A DNA stretch of 28,895 bases from a virus, in the IMG/VR virus record IMGVR_UViG_3300025117_001212; one strand, written 5' to 3'. Shown one piece after another: positions 16,715-26,698 of the stretch. The notes beneath the pieces are model-generated. The model made no database searches. It saw nothing but the letters and a program-made list of their open reading frames with translations, and was not told where the DNA came from. The position numbers and the translations under genes are program-made. How positions within the stretch are numbered: position 1 is the stretch's first letter; the number at the start of each line of letters is the position of its first letter.

Positions 16715-16959
16715 AATTTCTTTACTCCTTTTTTAGATTTTAATATTTGATTATCTTTTATCTCATTTTTTGCTTCAATTAGCATCTGATCAATAATTTT
16801 TCTTTCAATTTCTTCTATTAAGGGTTTCCTTAATTTATCAAATTTTTCAAAACAATATTCGCACATATCTCTTACTTTTTTGTGACTTATTAACAACTCA
16901 TTCAGAGCTTCTGTCTCAGAAAAATTATTACCACATACATCGCATTTTATTATTATCAC
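16711..16959 (-). CDS. Small Zn-finger-like protein
   Basis: CDVC...CEYC; GTGA overlap with ligA. Confidence 0.65.
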   Translation of the reverse strand: MIIIKCDVCGNNFSETEALNELLISHKKVRDMCEYCFEKFDKLRKPLIEEIERKIIDQMLIEAKNEIKDNQILKSKKGVKKL

Positions 16960-18842
16960 ACCTCCACTCCTTTTGATTTTAGAATCTTTAGAAACTTTTC
17001 TTCATCAATAACTTTAATCCCAAGTTTAATAGCTCTTTGCATTTTCGTTGATGCTGAATTTGTACTGGCTGCAACAAGATAATCAAGATTGTTTGATACG
17101 CTAAGGATTTGACCACCATTATCAATAATTATCTTTTCATAGTAATCCCTCTGTTTTGATAGAGTTCCTGTAAATTGGAAACTTAAATCTTCAAGTAAAC
17201 TGCCTGCTTTTTCATCAATGGTTACTTTGGTTCCAAAATCTTTTAGAAGATTAAAACATGATTTAATCATATGCTTATTACTAATAATAGATGTTATGAT
17301 ACTTGATCCAATACCAGGAATTTCAACTAATCTAACCATTTTAGAATTTGGCAATTCAGCAATATCAGAAAACTTTTTGATTAATCTTTTTTCAACCAAG
17401 AAATTTATTATCTTAAGACTATTTTTCGAACCTACTTTTGGTATTCCAATAGCTGTCAATAATGTACTTGCTTTTAATTCCTTAAGTTTATTCCTTTCCG
17501 AAAGAATTGTATTAGCAGTAATTTCACCTATGCCTTCTTTTCTTAGAAGTTTTTCTCTTGTTATTCTTAAAAATGATTTTAAAGTATAAGTTCCTATGTT
17601 AACCAGGGTTGTTGCAGATAGATTTTCAATTCCACACGTTTGTAGAAAATATTCAAGATTTGAAACTAATCTTCCGTTGCAAAGAATATTTTCGCATATC
17701 AAATCAACACCTTGGGTAGACAAAGGGCTTTCGCATGAAGGACAATACTTCGGAAGTGAAACTGACTTATTGGCAGGTTTTATTACCGATGTTATATAGG
17801 GAATAACATCTCCTGATCTAACCAAGTCTACTTCTGCTCCTGGGCCTATCTTATTAGTTGTTATGTACTTTGCATTATGACCTGTAGGATTTTCTACTAT
17901 CACTCCATCAATGTCAACAGGTTCTACTTTTATAACAGGAACTACTCGGCCTGTTCTTGTGGGAAACCATTCGATATCAAAAACTTTAGTCTTAATTGGT
18001 AAATCATTAACCTTGAAAGCTATTTTGTTTTTAGGAATCTTTACATTTTGTCTTTCTGAATTGTTAACTGCCAATACAAGGCCATCAATTTTATAGGGTA
18101 ATTTATTCTTATCCTTAAGTATATCAATAAGGTTCAATATAATTTTGTTAGGAGATTTTATAATGTCTCTTATTGATATCACAAAAGACTGTACAACATT
18201 GAGTCCAACTTTAGACATATATATTTCAGAAGAAGTTAAAGATCCTAGAGATCTATTATCAGCTTCAATCAATTCATAAAAAATTGCATGAATATTTGAT
18301 TTCTTTATTAGTTTGTTTGTTTCATCATTATCATTACGATTCAATAATCCAGATACAGCATTTCTTTTGGTTTTAAATCCTTCTGGAAGATCGCCTATCA
18401 TGATTGCTTCACCACGAGCCATTACTCTCTTTGCTTTTTTCAATTTTATTGGTAAATCAATTATTGCTGAAGCTTTTCTTGTGATGTTTTCTCCATGTTC
18501 ACCATCACCTCTTGTTAATAGACTATCCAGTTTACCATTTTTCCATATTGCTAAAATATCTATGCCATCAAGTTTATGCGATACATGGATATCGTCATTT
18601 TGTTTCTTCATCCATTTTATAACATCATTTTCATTAACTTTTTCAAGAGACCCTAGAACTACCGGCAACTTTACCTTAACTCTAGGAGTTGCTCCTATTT
18701 CCTTAAATATGATATTGTTAGGATCAAGTTCTTTTAATTCATCTATTAGTTTGTCAAACTCAAGATCAGATATTTCTGGTTGTTGATTATAATACAGTTC
18801 GCGATGTCTACGAATTTCATTTTCTAATTTTTTTATCTTCAT
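16956..18842 (-). CDS. ligA: NAD-dependent DNA ligase
   Basis: YY...PEISD.EFD, KLDG adenylation motif, TRGDG..GE, DGLV, IAFK, OB fold RSGDVIP, CPSC Zn finger, HhH repeats, C-terminal BRCT (FTGTL). Confidence 0.95.
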   Translation of the reverse strand: MKIKKLENEIRRHRELYYNQQPEISDLEFDKLIDELKELDPNNIIFKEIGATPRVKVKLPVVLGSLEKVNENDVIKWMKKQNDDIHVSHKLDGIDILAIWKNGKLDSLLTRGDGEHGENITRKASAIIDLPIKLKKAKRVMARGEAIMIGDLPEGFKTKRNAVSGLLNRNDNDETNKLIKKSNIHAIFYELIEADNRSLGSLTSSEIYMSKVGLNVVQSFVISIRDIIKSPNKIILNLIDILKDKNKLPYKIDGLVLAVNNSERQNVKIPKNKIAFKVNDLPIKTKVFDIEWFPTRTGRVVPVIKVEPVDIDGVIVENPTGHNAKYITTNKIGPGAEVDLVRSGDVIPYITSVIKPANKSVSLPKYCPSCESPLSTQGVDLICENILCNGRLVSNLEYFLQTCGIENLSATTLVNIGTYTLKSFLRITREKLLRKEGIGEITANTILSERNKLKELKASTLLTAIGIPKVGSKNSLKIINFLVEKRLIKKFSDIAELPNSKMVRLVEIPGIGSSIITSIISNKHMIKSCFNLLKDFGTKVTIDEKAGSLLEDLSFQFTGTLSKQRDYYEKIIIDNGGQILSVSNNLDYLVAASTNSASTKMQRAIKLGIKVIDEEKFLKILKSKGVEV

Positions 18843-18851
18843 TATTTCTCC

Positions 18852-19130
18852 TTAGTCTAATGTAACCATACTTTGTGGGGATCCAGAAGTTACGCTTGAT
18901 GAAATGATAATTCTTTTACCTGTTTTTAAATCTTTTAAGATCATAAAGTCAACACAATCATGTTTACTAAAGCAATGACGTTCGTTTGAAATTATCGTTA
19001 ATACAGGAATATTTTTATCAATATCTAATTGCGTTGAGGGTTTATTTTGTTCTAAAACTACAAATGTAATGAAAATGGATATACTAAACGCAAGTAATAC
19101 AACAAATACTGAAATTAACTTTTGCCTCAT
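18852..19130 (-). CDS. Small protein with N-terminal TM anchor
   Basis: Hydrophobic residues 5-26; AGGAGG RBS. Confidence 0.65.
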   Translation of the reverse strand: MRQKLISVFVVLLAFSISIFITFVVLEQNKPSTQLDIDKNIPVLTIISNERHCFSKHDCVDFMILKDLKTGKRIIISSSVTSGSPQSMVTLD

Positions 19131-19133
19131 TCA

Positions 19134-19343
19134 TTATTCCTCCTTTAATATTTCTACTTCTTCAGGATACCATTCAATACTATTTTCTTCAACTAAAAAA
19201 CTAGTAACACCAAATACCATTGAACTATAATATCCTTTTATTGTTAAAATATGATTAAAATACAATTCATATCCTTCAAGCGGTTTGATAATTCTTACTT
19301 TAGCTCCTATGCGATATTTTTTCTTGAAAGAATACTCGTTCAT
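19134..19343 (-). CDS. MNxYT-family SH3/KOW-like miniprotein
   Basis: MNEYSF...IGAKVRII...WYPEEVEIL. Confidence 0.7.
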   Translation of the reverse strand: MNEYSFKKKYRIGAKVRIIKPLEGYELYFNHILTIKGYYSSMVFGVTSFLVEENSIEWYPEEVEILKEE

Positions 19344-19543
19344 ATTATTTCTAATTCTTTTTCATTAATATCATCAAGAAAAGCATCAATGCCATATGCA
19401 GATATAGATCCATCAGGATGATATAAATCTATAATTACTTCACTATCAAACTTTTTATATTTAAGTATAGCTATGACATTATAGCGATTTACTCTTATTC
19501 TGGTTCCAATTGGATATATCTTTTTTAATGTATACTCATTCAT
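19340..19543 (-). CDS. MNxYT-family SH3/KOW-like miniprotein
   Basis: MNEYTL...IGTRIRV...ELEII. Confidence 0.7.
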   Translation of the reverse strand: MNEYTLKKIYPIGTRIRVNRYNVIAILKYKKFDSEVIIDLYHPDGSISAYGIDAFLDDINEKELEII

Positions 19544-19734
19544 TCTACTTTCTCTATTTCCTTACGGGTCTATGCACACTCATTTTCATTAACCCATAAT
19601 AGAGATGTTTTATATAAATTTGTTATTAGATTTATTGTTAATATTTTATCTAAATACCTTTCATAGCCAGATTCTGGATTGATAACTCTTACCTTATCAC
19701 CAATTTTCAATCTTTTGAATGTATAAAGGTTCAT
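19540..19734 (-). pseudogene. MNxYT-family miniprotein with in-frame TAG at codon 55 (not in ORF track)
   Basis: MNLYTFKRLKIGDKVRVINPESGYERYLDKILTINLITNLYKTSLLWVNENECA*TRKEIEKVE; ATGA overlaps at both ends. Confidence 0.75.
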
Positions 19735-19973
19735 TTCTTCCAATTAGATCCTTGAATATATTTATCCTTATTGGCTTCATGTGGAAATCCTATAATGATT
19801 ATTGGTTGAGCATTTATTCCTTGTGATCTAAGCAACTTTGATCTCTCAATAGCTTTGTCAATGTCTTCAGGAAACTTATCAGGATTTCTAAAAGTCATTT
19901 CATCTAGTTTAATCAACGGAACATGTTTTCCTACATCTTCTACTATTAAGCATACCATATATTTACTATACAT
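19731..19973 (-). CDS. Hypothetical protein
   Basis: AAGGA RBS; coupled. Confidence 0.6.
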   Translation of the reverse strand: MYSKYMVCLIVEDVGKHVPLIKLDEMTFRNPDKFPEDIDKAIERSKLLRSQGINAQPIIIIGFPHEANKDKYIQGSNWKK

Positions 19974-19990
19974 TGTCCACTTCCTTTCAA

Positions 19991-20257
19991 TTATACTTTA
20001 GTGTATTTGGTTTTATTTCTTAATACATCAGCATCTATTAAACCACTAAGATAGTAATCAAAATCATTTGTACCTAAACTGTGCCCTGGAATTGAATATA
20101 TTTCTTGCATTGTTTTCTTATCAATAATTACTAATTGATATAATCTTCTATTTCCTGGTTTATACGAATATATTTCAAACTTAAATTTTTCATGTAATGA
20201 ATATGCCGCATTGAGGTCTACTAATTTCTTATCAAAATATTTCCTATCTCTTTTCAT
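19991..20257 (-). CDS. Hypothetical protein
   Basis: GAGG RBS. Confidence 0.6.
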   Translation of the reverse strand: MKRDRKYFDKKLVDLNAAYSLHEKFKFEIYSYKPGNRRLYQLVIIDKKTMQEIYSIPGHSLGTNDFDYYLSGLIDADVLRNKTKYTKV

Positions 20258-20266
20258 TTTTATACC

Positions 20267-20446
20267 TCATATATTTGCAAGAATATAAAGCACTGTTATG
20301 ACTAATAGAATTATATGTTTGAGACCTATTATTGAATATGGCCTATTTTCAGTTAATGTTATTTTATTTTCATTAGTATCAAGCATTGAAATAATAATTG
20401 GTGAACTCTTACTATCAACATTTAGCAAATCTTTTTTAATTTTCAT
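20267..20446 (-). CDS. 59-aa protein with C-terminal TM helix (not in ORF track)
   Basis: MKIKKDLLNVDSKSSPIIISMLDTNENKITLTENRPYSIIGLKHIILLVITVLYILANI; AAGGA RBS; fills the gap. Confidence 0.55.
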   Translation of the reverse strand: MKIKKDLLNVDSKSSPIIISMLDTNENKITLTENRPYSIIGLKHIILLVITVLYILANI

Positions 20447-20450
20447 TTAT

Positions 20451-20708
20451 TTATTTCCTTGTAAAAGTTGAACAATTATCACCTTCATATGAAAAGGTGA
20501 TATGCGTTATTCTGTCAGCCCAAAAAGGAATACTTGGGTCATAAGCTGTTTTTGTAATAGACCTGATATCATTCTTTTTAAAATAAGCTTCAGGTGCCAT
20601 CCAAGTACAAACTCTTATTTTAACATATTTGGATTTAGTTATTATTTTATTCCAATGAACACATTCATGGCATGATTTTGATTCATCTTTCATTCCTATT
20701 GCTTTCAT
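20451..20708 (-). CDS. Small 4-Cys protein
   Basis: CHEC.HW...C...C..F; GAGG RBS. Confidence 0.65.
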   Translation of the reverse strand: MKAIGMKDESKSCHECVHWNKIITKSKYVKIRVCTWMAPEAYFKKNDIRSITKTAYDPSIPFWADRITHITFSYEGDNCSTFTRK

Positions 20709-20914
20709 ATTCGCCTCACAGGTGTTCGTATCACTTTTACAGGAGTTCTTTTGAATGGTTTGTAATGATGATTAAGATTGTATTCACTAGTAAGATATTC
20801 AAATCCATATTTTTCACAATGTAATCTAGCAAACCCTCCTTCTAGCCTGATAAAAGTAACGATTTGTCCTTTGCTTGAACCTGCTATCTGTATAAATTTA
20901 TCACCACGATTCAT
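20705..20914 (-). CDS. Small protein, possibly SH3-like, without the YT leader
   Basis: MNRGDKF...GQIVT; basic RTPV-repeat tail. Confidence 0.6.
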   Translation of the reverse strand: MNRGDKFIQIAGSSKGQIVTFIRLEGGFARLHCEKYGFEYLTSEYNLNHHYKPFKRTPVKVIRTPVRRI

Positions 20915-20916
20915 TT

Positions 20917-21993
20917 TTACAACCTTGATAGTTTATAAAATTTAAGAAAACTTGAAATGTTGTGTTGGCAGTAATCGTTTCTTACATTATTAGAATCTTT
21001 ATCATGTCTGAATGCACCAATATCTTCTTTTTTACCAGAAACTATTTGACTTTTCTTTTGCTGATCTAAAAGCATGTCTACAAATCCCATTACCATTTCA
21101 GAATCGGTCTTTAATTCAGCAATATGTTTTCCATCACTTTTTCTACTTGTATCTTTTAGATATTCTTCAATATAAGCTTCTAAGATATTATGATAGGCCA
21201 GAAGTGTTTCAGATCTACAAGCAGTCGGTCCCGATTTTTTAGAAACTGGATCCCACATTGTTTTCCTAGCAATCTTATTTGCATATTCTATATATCTTCC
21301 ACCAAAATGTTCAAGTGTTTGCATCATCCAATGATCACGTACATGACTTGTCATATTTCTATAGAATGAATACCAATTAATTATTTTCTCAGCGTAGTAT
21401 TTAAATCCTTCTTTATTGTCAGTTTCATCCATGACACATAAGGCAAGTGCAGCTTCTCCTATATAGAATTCAGATATGAATCCTTTATCTCTTTCTGGAT
21501 TCTTAAGTAAGCATTTGTGGTGAGTCAATCTTCCTGATTCGCAGGTCCTACTTATAATGTATCTACATAGATCAATTGCAATCTTTAAATATCTTTCATT
21601 AGGTTGAATTTCATGATATTTAAGTAATGCCAAAACTCCTAATCCAGCCGCCCCTAGTTTAATATACCCATCTTCAGCAATTACAACACGTCCTTCTGAT
21701 CCTAATGGAAACATAAATCTATCTAACATATAATCTAGTGCGAGTTTTGCTTTATCTTTAATAATTCTAACTTCTAATTGTTCTTCAGCGTTAGTTGATT
21801 TTGCTTCCATTTCTTTACAAATCTCAAGCATTGCCCATATGCTTCCTTGATGCCTGAGTATATTGTAATCTTTTAGTTTTGCTCTAGTTTTAACATTATA
21901 CCCATAAATAAATCTACCGTTTGTCTGAATAAGACTAGAGAGCCAAATAGCACCCTTCTTTGCAGTGTCAAAAGCTATTTCTTTATTCATCAA
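20917..21993 (-). CDS. Predicted alpha/alpha-barrel enzyme of unknown function
   Basis: YNILRH.G, KLG.AGL..LAL, FY.GEAALAL, DHW and R.DY.QHN.S on a helical-repeat scaffold. Confidence 0.6.
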   Translation of the reverse strand: MMNKEIAFDTAKKGAIWLSSLIQTNGRFIYGYNVKTRAKLKDYNILRHQGSIWAMLEICKEMEAKSTNAEEQLEVRIIKDKAKLALDYMLDRFMFPLGSEGRVVIAEDGYIKLGAAGLGVLALLKYHEIQPNERYLKIAIDLCRYIISRTCESGRLTHHKCLLKNPERDKGFISEFYIGEAALALCVMDETDNKEGFKYYAEKIINWYSFYRNMTSHVRDHWMMQTLEHFGGRYIEYANKIARKTMWDPVSKKSGPTACRSETLLAYHNILEAYIEEYLKDTSRKSDGKHIAELKTDSEMVMGFVDMLLDQQKKSQIVSGKKEDIGAFRHDKDSNNVRNDYCQHNISSFLKFYKLSRL

Positions 21994-22195
21994 TATTATC
22001 CTCCTTACATTTTGCGTAAATACCTATTTCACTATCTTCAGACCAAACATGATTTTCTGCGGTCTTACCACAGTCATCGCACCAAGTGCCTTCAAATCCT
22101 TTTTCCATTAATATTCTGCCATAAGATTTTCCTTTAAATTTATCATAATCTTTTTTAGTCAAACGTCTACGTAAAAGGCTAAGAATGAGTGGCAT
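21983..22195 (-). CDS. Small Cys/His protein
   Basis: AGGAGG RBS; CDDC...H...C. Confidence 0.6.
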   Translation of the reverse strand: MPLILSLLRRRLTKKDYDKFKGKSYGRILMEKGFEGTWCDDCGKTAENHVWSEDSEIGIYAKCKEDNIDE

Positions 22196-22205
22196 ATCTA
22201 CCTCC

Positions 22206-22544
22206 TTAGAGCTTTTTTGAATTCAATGCTTCAGCTACTGTTTCAGCAACTTGTATCATCCATTCAATACTTTCTTTAGAATCTATAAGATCCAAGCTAT
22301 TGAATAGAATAAGTTTATCATTACCAGACCATCCATATGATTTTTTCCCATGTTTGAATGAGTTTCTTATTACTGATATCTCAATAGAAGAATCTTCTTC
22401 AATTAAATTTTTAATATCCATCTCAGCGATATGCTTCCAGTTTCTATTGTTAAAAGATTCTTCAAATTCTTCTTTTTCTGTTTCTCCATAAGCAACTAAA
22501 AAGATTTTTTTATTGACAACCCATTTTGATTTTGATCTTTTCAT
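22206..22544 (-). CDS. Hypothetical protein
   Basis: AGGAGG RBS. Confidence 0.65.
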   Translation of the reverse strand: MKRSKSKWVVNKKIFLVAYGETEKEEFEESFNNRNWKHIAEMDIKNLIEEDSSIEISVIRNSFKHGKKSYGWSGNDKLILFNSLDLIDSKESIEWMIQVAETVAEALNSKKL

Positions 22545-22553
22545 ATCTACCTC

Positions 22554-22907
22554 CTAATTTATGTTACTACCTTTAAGTATCATGAATTCAATGTTTTTTA
22601 TTTCATCTTGCCTTTCTGTTATTGGATAATTATCAGGTAGAGTTGCAATATTTGTATGTAGACATTCATCACACATGGCCATCAATAATGATCGATGATT
22701 ACCTACGATTAAGACACCTATTTCATTTAAATCATATTTACATATCAGACATTTCTTCATGATGTTGTTGTTATGTGTATCATCAACGGCAAGATAAATA
22801 CCACTAATTTCATCAAGATCAAATTGAACTGCTGGATATGATTCGCCAATAATGTTTTTACCTAGCATTACAACGATTTTTGTGCTATCAATTGTATGTA
22901 TTTTCAT
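22554..22907 (-). CDS. Hypothetical Zn-finger-like protein
   Basis: CLIC...CDEC; AGGAGG RBS. Confidence 0.65.
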   Translation of the reverse strand: MKIHTIDSTKIVVMLGKNIIGESYPAVQFDLDEISGIYLAVDDTHNNNIMKKCLICKYDLNEIGVLIVGNHRSLLMAMCDECLHTNIATLPDNYPITERQDEIKNIEFMILKGSNIN

Positions 22908-22915
22908 TATGCCTC

Positions 22916-23188
22916 CTAATGGATTAATGATTCGGCTTCGCCTGTTAGTTTTTGATATTCAACCATCATATCAATAATTCCCATTTGACCATATATTTGT
23001 TGATTAATAAGCCAAAGGAGTTTCTTATATTGGATTAGTGCTTCTTTATATTCTTGTTTATCCGAATGGTCTTCAAAAGAGAGAGCTGAATTCGTATTCA
23101 CACTTTTAAGAATTTCAATTCCTCTATTCAACATTGCAATAGTGTTGACTGGAAGACCTTGATCGCTAATAGTATCTTCAATCTTCAT
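22916..23188 (-). CDS. Hypothetical protein
   Basis: AAGGAGG RBS, promoter upstream. Confidence 0.65.
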   Translation of the reverse strand: MKIEDTISDQGLPVNTIAMLNRGIEILKSVNTNSALSFEDHSDKQEYKEALIQYKKLLWLINQQIYGQMGIIDMMVEYQKLTGEAESLIH

Positions 23189-23219
23189 AATGAATTCCTC
23201 CTTTTAATTATTTTAATTT

Positions 23220-23247
23220 ATTATACACCACCGAGGTTGCCGAGCAA
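23220..23247 (-). promoter_or_regulatory. Probable sigma-70-type promoter
   Basis: TTGCTC-16 nt-TATAAT in one of the few intergenic gaps. Confidence 0.55.
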
Positions 23248-23267
23248 AGCATAAAATTAATTTTTCG

Positions 23268-23855
23268 TTATGAATATAAAAGATAATTACACAATCTTTC
23301 TAAATTTTCAAAAACCTTTTTATATAAGATTATAGCATTGCTGATTAATGATGCTGAATATACCATACCATTTTCTGAAATTTCATTATTTTCACTAATA
23401 ATAAATTTTTCATATTTTCTGTAGATGAAAATATCATATGTTATATCTGTATCTAAATAATTTGTTATTGAATTAATCTTATATTCCCAATCATAAATCA
23501 AACCCTGCTCTTTAAGAGAATATATTATAGCATCTGGTATATTTTTGGTATCAATTTTTCTATGCAGGGAACGAAGTCTATAACCATCTACTATTATTTG
23601 AGTGTGGATAGTAATGAAATTTGATAAATGACATTTACACATAAACTTATCTATTTTGTTATAGGGTAAATAATACTTAAAATTGTATTCAATTATATCA
23701 ACAACATCAGGTGTGATGGTTTGGCCCCTATTTGCTATGATGCATAGTTTAGTTGAATGTCTCTCTGATTGATCAATAAAAGATTTCCATCCAGGCTCAT
23801 GATTAACCATACTAATGATTTTGTTGCCTATCTTATCTCTTGTATATTTATTCAT
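23268..23855 (-). CDS. Hypothetical protein with MNKYT leader (start revised to ATG 23855)
   Basis: ATGA overlap with the upstream stop; MNKYTRDKI. Confidence 0.65.
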   Translation of the reverse strand: MNKYTRDKIGNKIISMVNHEPGWKSFIDQSERHSTKLCIIANRGQTITPDVVDIIEYNFKYYLPYNKIDKFMCKCHLSNFITIHTQIIVDGYRLRSLHRKIDTKNIPDAIIYSLKEQGLIYDWEYKINSITNYLDTDITYDIFIYRKYEKFIISENNEISENGMVYSASLISNAIILYKKVFENLERLCNYLLYS

Positions 23856-24070
23856 TCTAATAACCTGATTTCTTCCATAAACCAAAAGGCTCCATTTGTA
23901 TCATATACCATAATACTATCTTTATTGTTATAGTCAATACAAAACCTTCTAGGACTAATAGATTTTATTGTTCTTGTTTCGCCTTTTGTATTCTCCCATG
24001 ATTCATACGGATTAATGACTTTAAATTGCTTACCAGGAAGTAATGCTTTTCTTAAAGTATAACTATTCAT
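23852..24070 (-). CDS. MNxYT-family SH3/KOW-like miniprotein
   Basis: MNSYTL...PGKQFKVI...WFMEEIRLL. Confidence 0.7.
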   Translation of the reverse strand: MNSYTLRKALLPGKQFKVINPYESWENTKGETRTIKSISPRRFCIDYNNKDSIMVYDTNGAFWFMEEIRLLE

Positions 24071-26468
24071 CTTCTTCTATCCTAGCTGCACCCACTACTT
24101 TTTCACCCTTTGACAAAGTCACAAGTCTAACTCCTTGTGTTGGCCTACTTGTCATAGAAATATCTGTAACTTTCACCCTGATTATTTTCCCATTACTTGT
24201 AATTATCATCAATTGATCATCATCACTTACTTGGCATGTATAGATAATTGGACCATTTTTATTAGTTATCCTGGCTGCCTTAATACCAGATCCACCACGA
24301 TATTGTTGTCTATATTCATCAATGGATGATCTTTTCCCATAACCATTTTCTGTAACAATCATAATAGGATCATCTTTTCTGATTACATCCATTGCAACCA
24401 CATTGTCTTTTTTAGATAATCTAATTCCTTTTATCCCTGAAGCTCCACGCCCCATATCTCTAACATTATTTTCTGAAAATCTTATACATTTTCCACCACT
24501 AGTTGTGATGAATATATCTCTTTTACCATTTGTAATTCTTGCAGAGATTAATTCATCATCTTCTCTTATTCCTATAGCAATAATTCCCTTAGTTCTTGGC
24601 CTACTATAAGCCATCATTGAAGTCTTTTTTACAAGACCTTTTTTCGTAGTCATTACAACAAATCTATCTTCTTTGAATTTTTTAAAGTTCAAAGTGGTAG
24701 CTACCTTTTCATCATTATCTAGTCCTGACAACAGATTAATAATTGCTTTCCCTCTTGATAGTTTACCAGCCTCAGGTATCTCATGTATCTTCTTGAGATA
24801 GGCTTTCCCTTTATTTGTGAAAAATAATAGATAATCATGAGAAGAGGCTACGAAGAAATGAGTTGCAAAATCATCAGTAGATTTGAATCCTGTTGACCCC
24901 TTACCACCTCTTTTCTGAATTCTATAATTTGAAGCAGAACTTCTTTTTATATACCCATCATGGCTTATCGTTACAGCAACATCTTCTTCGGGGATTAAGT
25001 CTTCAATTTTCACCTCACCTTCACTTTCAACTATTCTTGTTTTTCTTTTATCACCATATTTATCTATTATGTTTTGTATTTCATTTTTAATGATTTGCAT
25101 TACCATCGTTTGACTACCTAATATTGTCTTGAATCTTGTTATGTTAGTTATTATTTCCTGATATTCATCATTTATTTTATTTCTTTCAAGACCAGTTAAT
25201 CTCTGAAGTCGCATATCTGAAATCGTTTGTGCTTGAATATCAGAAAATTTATGTTCATCTATCAGTCTAGCTTTAGCTTCCTTGCCATCGCTAGAAGATT
25301 TGAATAGTTTAATGATTTCATCAATTATTTCAAGAGCTTTAATTAGACCTTCTAATATATGTGCTCTTTCTTCTGATTTTTTAAGATCATATTTAGTTCT
25401 GTTTACTATTATTTCAGATCTAAATGATATGAATCTATTAATTACTTCTCTGATGGAAAGGACTTTAGGTTGGCCTCCTACAATGACCAACATTATTACA
25501 CCATAAGAAACTTCTAGTTTCGTATACTTATAGAGATGATTAAGAACAATTTGACCGTTTACTCCTCTCTTTAGCTCAATTACAATCCTCATACCTTCAC
25601 GTGATGATTCATCTCTAATATCTGAAATTCCTTCAATCTTTTTCTCCTTAGCTAAGTCAGCAATTCCTTCTATTAGATTTGTTTTATTGACTTGATAAGG
25701 AATCTCAGTAATTATTATTTTTTCCCTGGATGAACCTTCTTCTACTGTAGCGCATCCTCTAAGTTTGATAGAGCCTCTACCGGTCCTAAAATATTCTTTG
25801 ATTCCCTTTCTGCCAAGAATTATCCCTCCGGTTGGGAAATCTGGGCCATTAATAATTGACATAAGTTCTTTAAGAGGAATTTCTGGTGTGTCTATTAAGC
25901 GTATGGTGGCCTCGCAGACCTCAGTAATGTTGTGTGGTGGTATATTGGTCGCCATACCTACTGCGATGCCTGACGATCCATTTATAAGCAGATTTGGAAT
26001 TATAGTGGGAAGAACTGTAGGTTCAGAAGTTGATTCATCGTAATTAGGAACGAATTCAACTGTTTCTTTATCAATGTCAGCTAACATTTCATGTGATATT
26101 TCTGACATCCTGCATTCGGTATATCTCATTGCCGCAGGAGGGTCTCCATCAACATTTCCCCAATTCCCTTGTCCATCTACTAAAGGATATCTTAGTGAGA
26201 AATCTTGTGCCATTCTTACTATAGTTCCATAACTTTCTCCATGAGGATGGTATTTCCCCATGACTTCCCCAACTATCCTGGCTGATTTCTTGTGTGGCCT
26301 ATTATAGAAATTATGTAGTCCATGCATTGTATAAAGGATTCTTCGATGTACTGGCTTCAATCCATCTCTAACATCAGGAAGAGCCCTACCTACTATGACG
26401 CTCATTGAATAGTCAAGATAAGACTTTTTTAATTCGGCAGAAATATCAACCAGTTCAAAATCACTCAT
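24063..26468 (-). CDS. gyrA: DNA gyrase subunit A
   Basis: [28 protein letters not shown], catalytic AAMRYTE, GyrA box QKRGGKG, C-terminal beta-pinwheel repeats. Confidence 0.97.
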   Translation of the reverse strand: MSDFELVDISAELKKSYLDYSMSVIVGRALPDVRDGLKPVHRRILYTMHGLHNFYNRPHKKSARIVGEVMGKYHPHGESYGTIVRMAQDFSLRYPLVDGQGNWGNVDGDPPAAMRYTECRMSEISHEMLADIDKETVEFVPNYDESTSEPTVLPTIIPNLLINGSSGIAVGMATNIPPHNITEVCEATIRLIDTPEIPLKELMSIINGPDFPTGGIILGRKGIKEYFRTGRGSIKLRGCATVEEGSSREKIIITEIPYQVNKTNLIEGIADLAKEKKIEGISDIRDESSREGMRIVIELKRGVNGQIVLNHLYKYTKLEVSYGVIMLVIVGGQPKVLSIREVINRFISFRSEIIVNRTKYDLKKSEERAHILEGLIKALEIIDEIIKLFKSSSDGKEAKARLIDEHKFSDIQAQTISDMRLQRLTGLERNKINDEYQEIITNITRFKTILGSQTMVMQIIKNEIQNIIDKYGDKRKTRIVESEGEVKIEDLIPEEDVAVTISHDGYIKRSSASNYRIQKRGGKGSTGFKSTDDFATHFFVASSHDYLLFFTNKGKAYLKKIHEIPEAGKLSRGKAIINLLSGLDNDEKVATTLNFKKFKEDRFVVMTTKKGLVKKTSMMAYSRPRTKGIIAIGIREDDELISARITNGKRDIFITTSGGKCIRFSENNVRDMGRGASGIKGIRLSKKDNVVAMDVIRKDDPIMIVTENGYGKRSSIDEYRQQYRGGSGIKAARITNKNGPIIYTCQVSDDDQLMIITSNGKIIRVKVTDISMTSRPTQGVRLVTLSKGEKVVGAARIEEDE

Positions 26469-26485
26469 CTTTTACCTCCAGATGT

Positions 26486-26698
26486 TCATAACAATTCAAT
26501 TTCATTACTTGTAAAATAACATGCAAATTTTTCAGTATAGATAAGAATAGGATGATTATTAAAATCAAATAATAATTTTTCTATTTTAGTTACCACTCCT
26601 ATACATCCACAACAGCGTTCGCAATGTGTATGAGAGCAGTAAATTATTTTTATCTTTCTACCTACGTGGTATAATTTATTAAGAGTATATTGATTCAT
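26486..26698 (-). CDS. MNxYT-family SH3/KOW-like miniprotein (Cys-rich loop)
   Basis: MNQYTL...VGRKIKII...FTSNEIELL. Confidence 0.7.
   Translation of the reverse strand: MNQYTLNKLYHVGRKIKIIYCSHTHCERCCGCIGVVTKIEKLLFDFNNHPILIYTEKFACYFTSNEIELL

Noticed and set aside
22193-22555. Identical AGGAGGTAGATATG before two adjacent genes
   Set aside because: Mostly SD plus start codon; too short to call a repeat element.
5437-24065. Stop-codon reassignment suggested by two in-frame stops
   Set aside because: The two stops differ (TAA, TAG); TAG ends gyrA and the DnaC-like gene at natural positions; long genes are intact in code 11.
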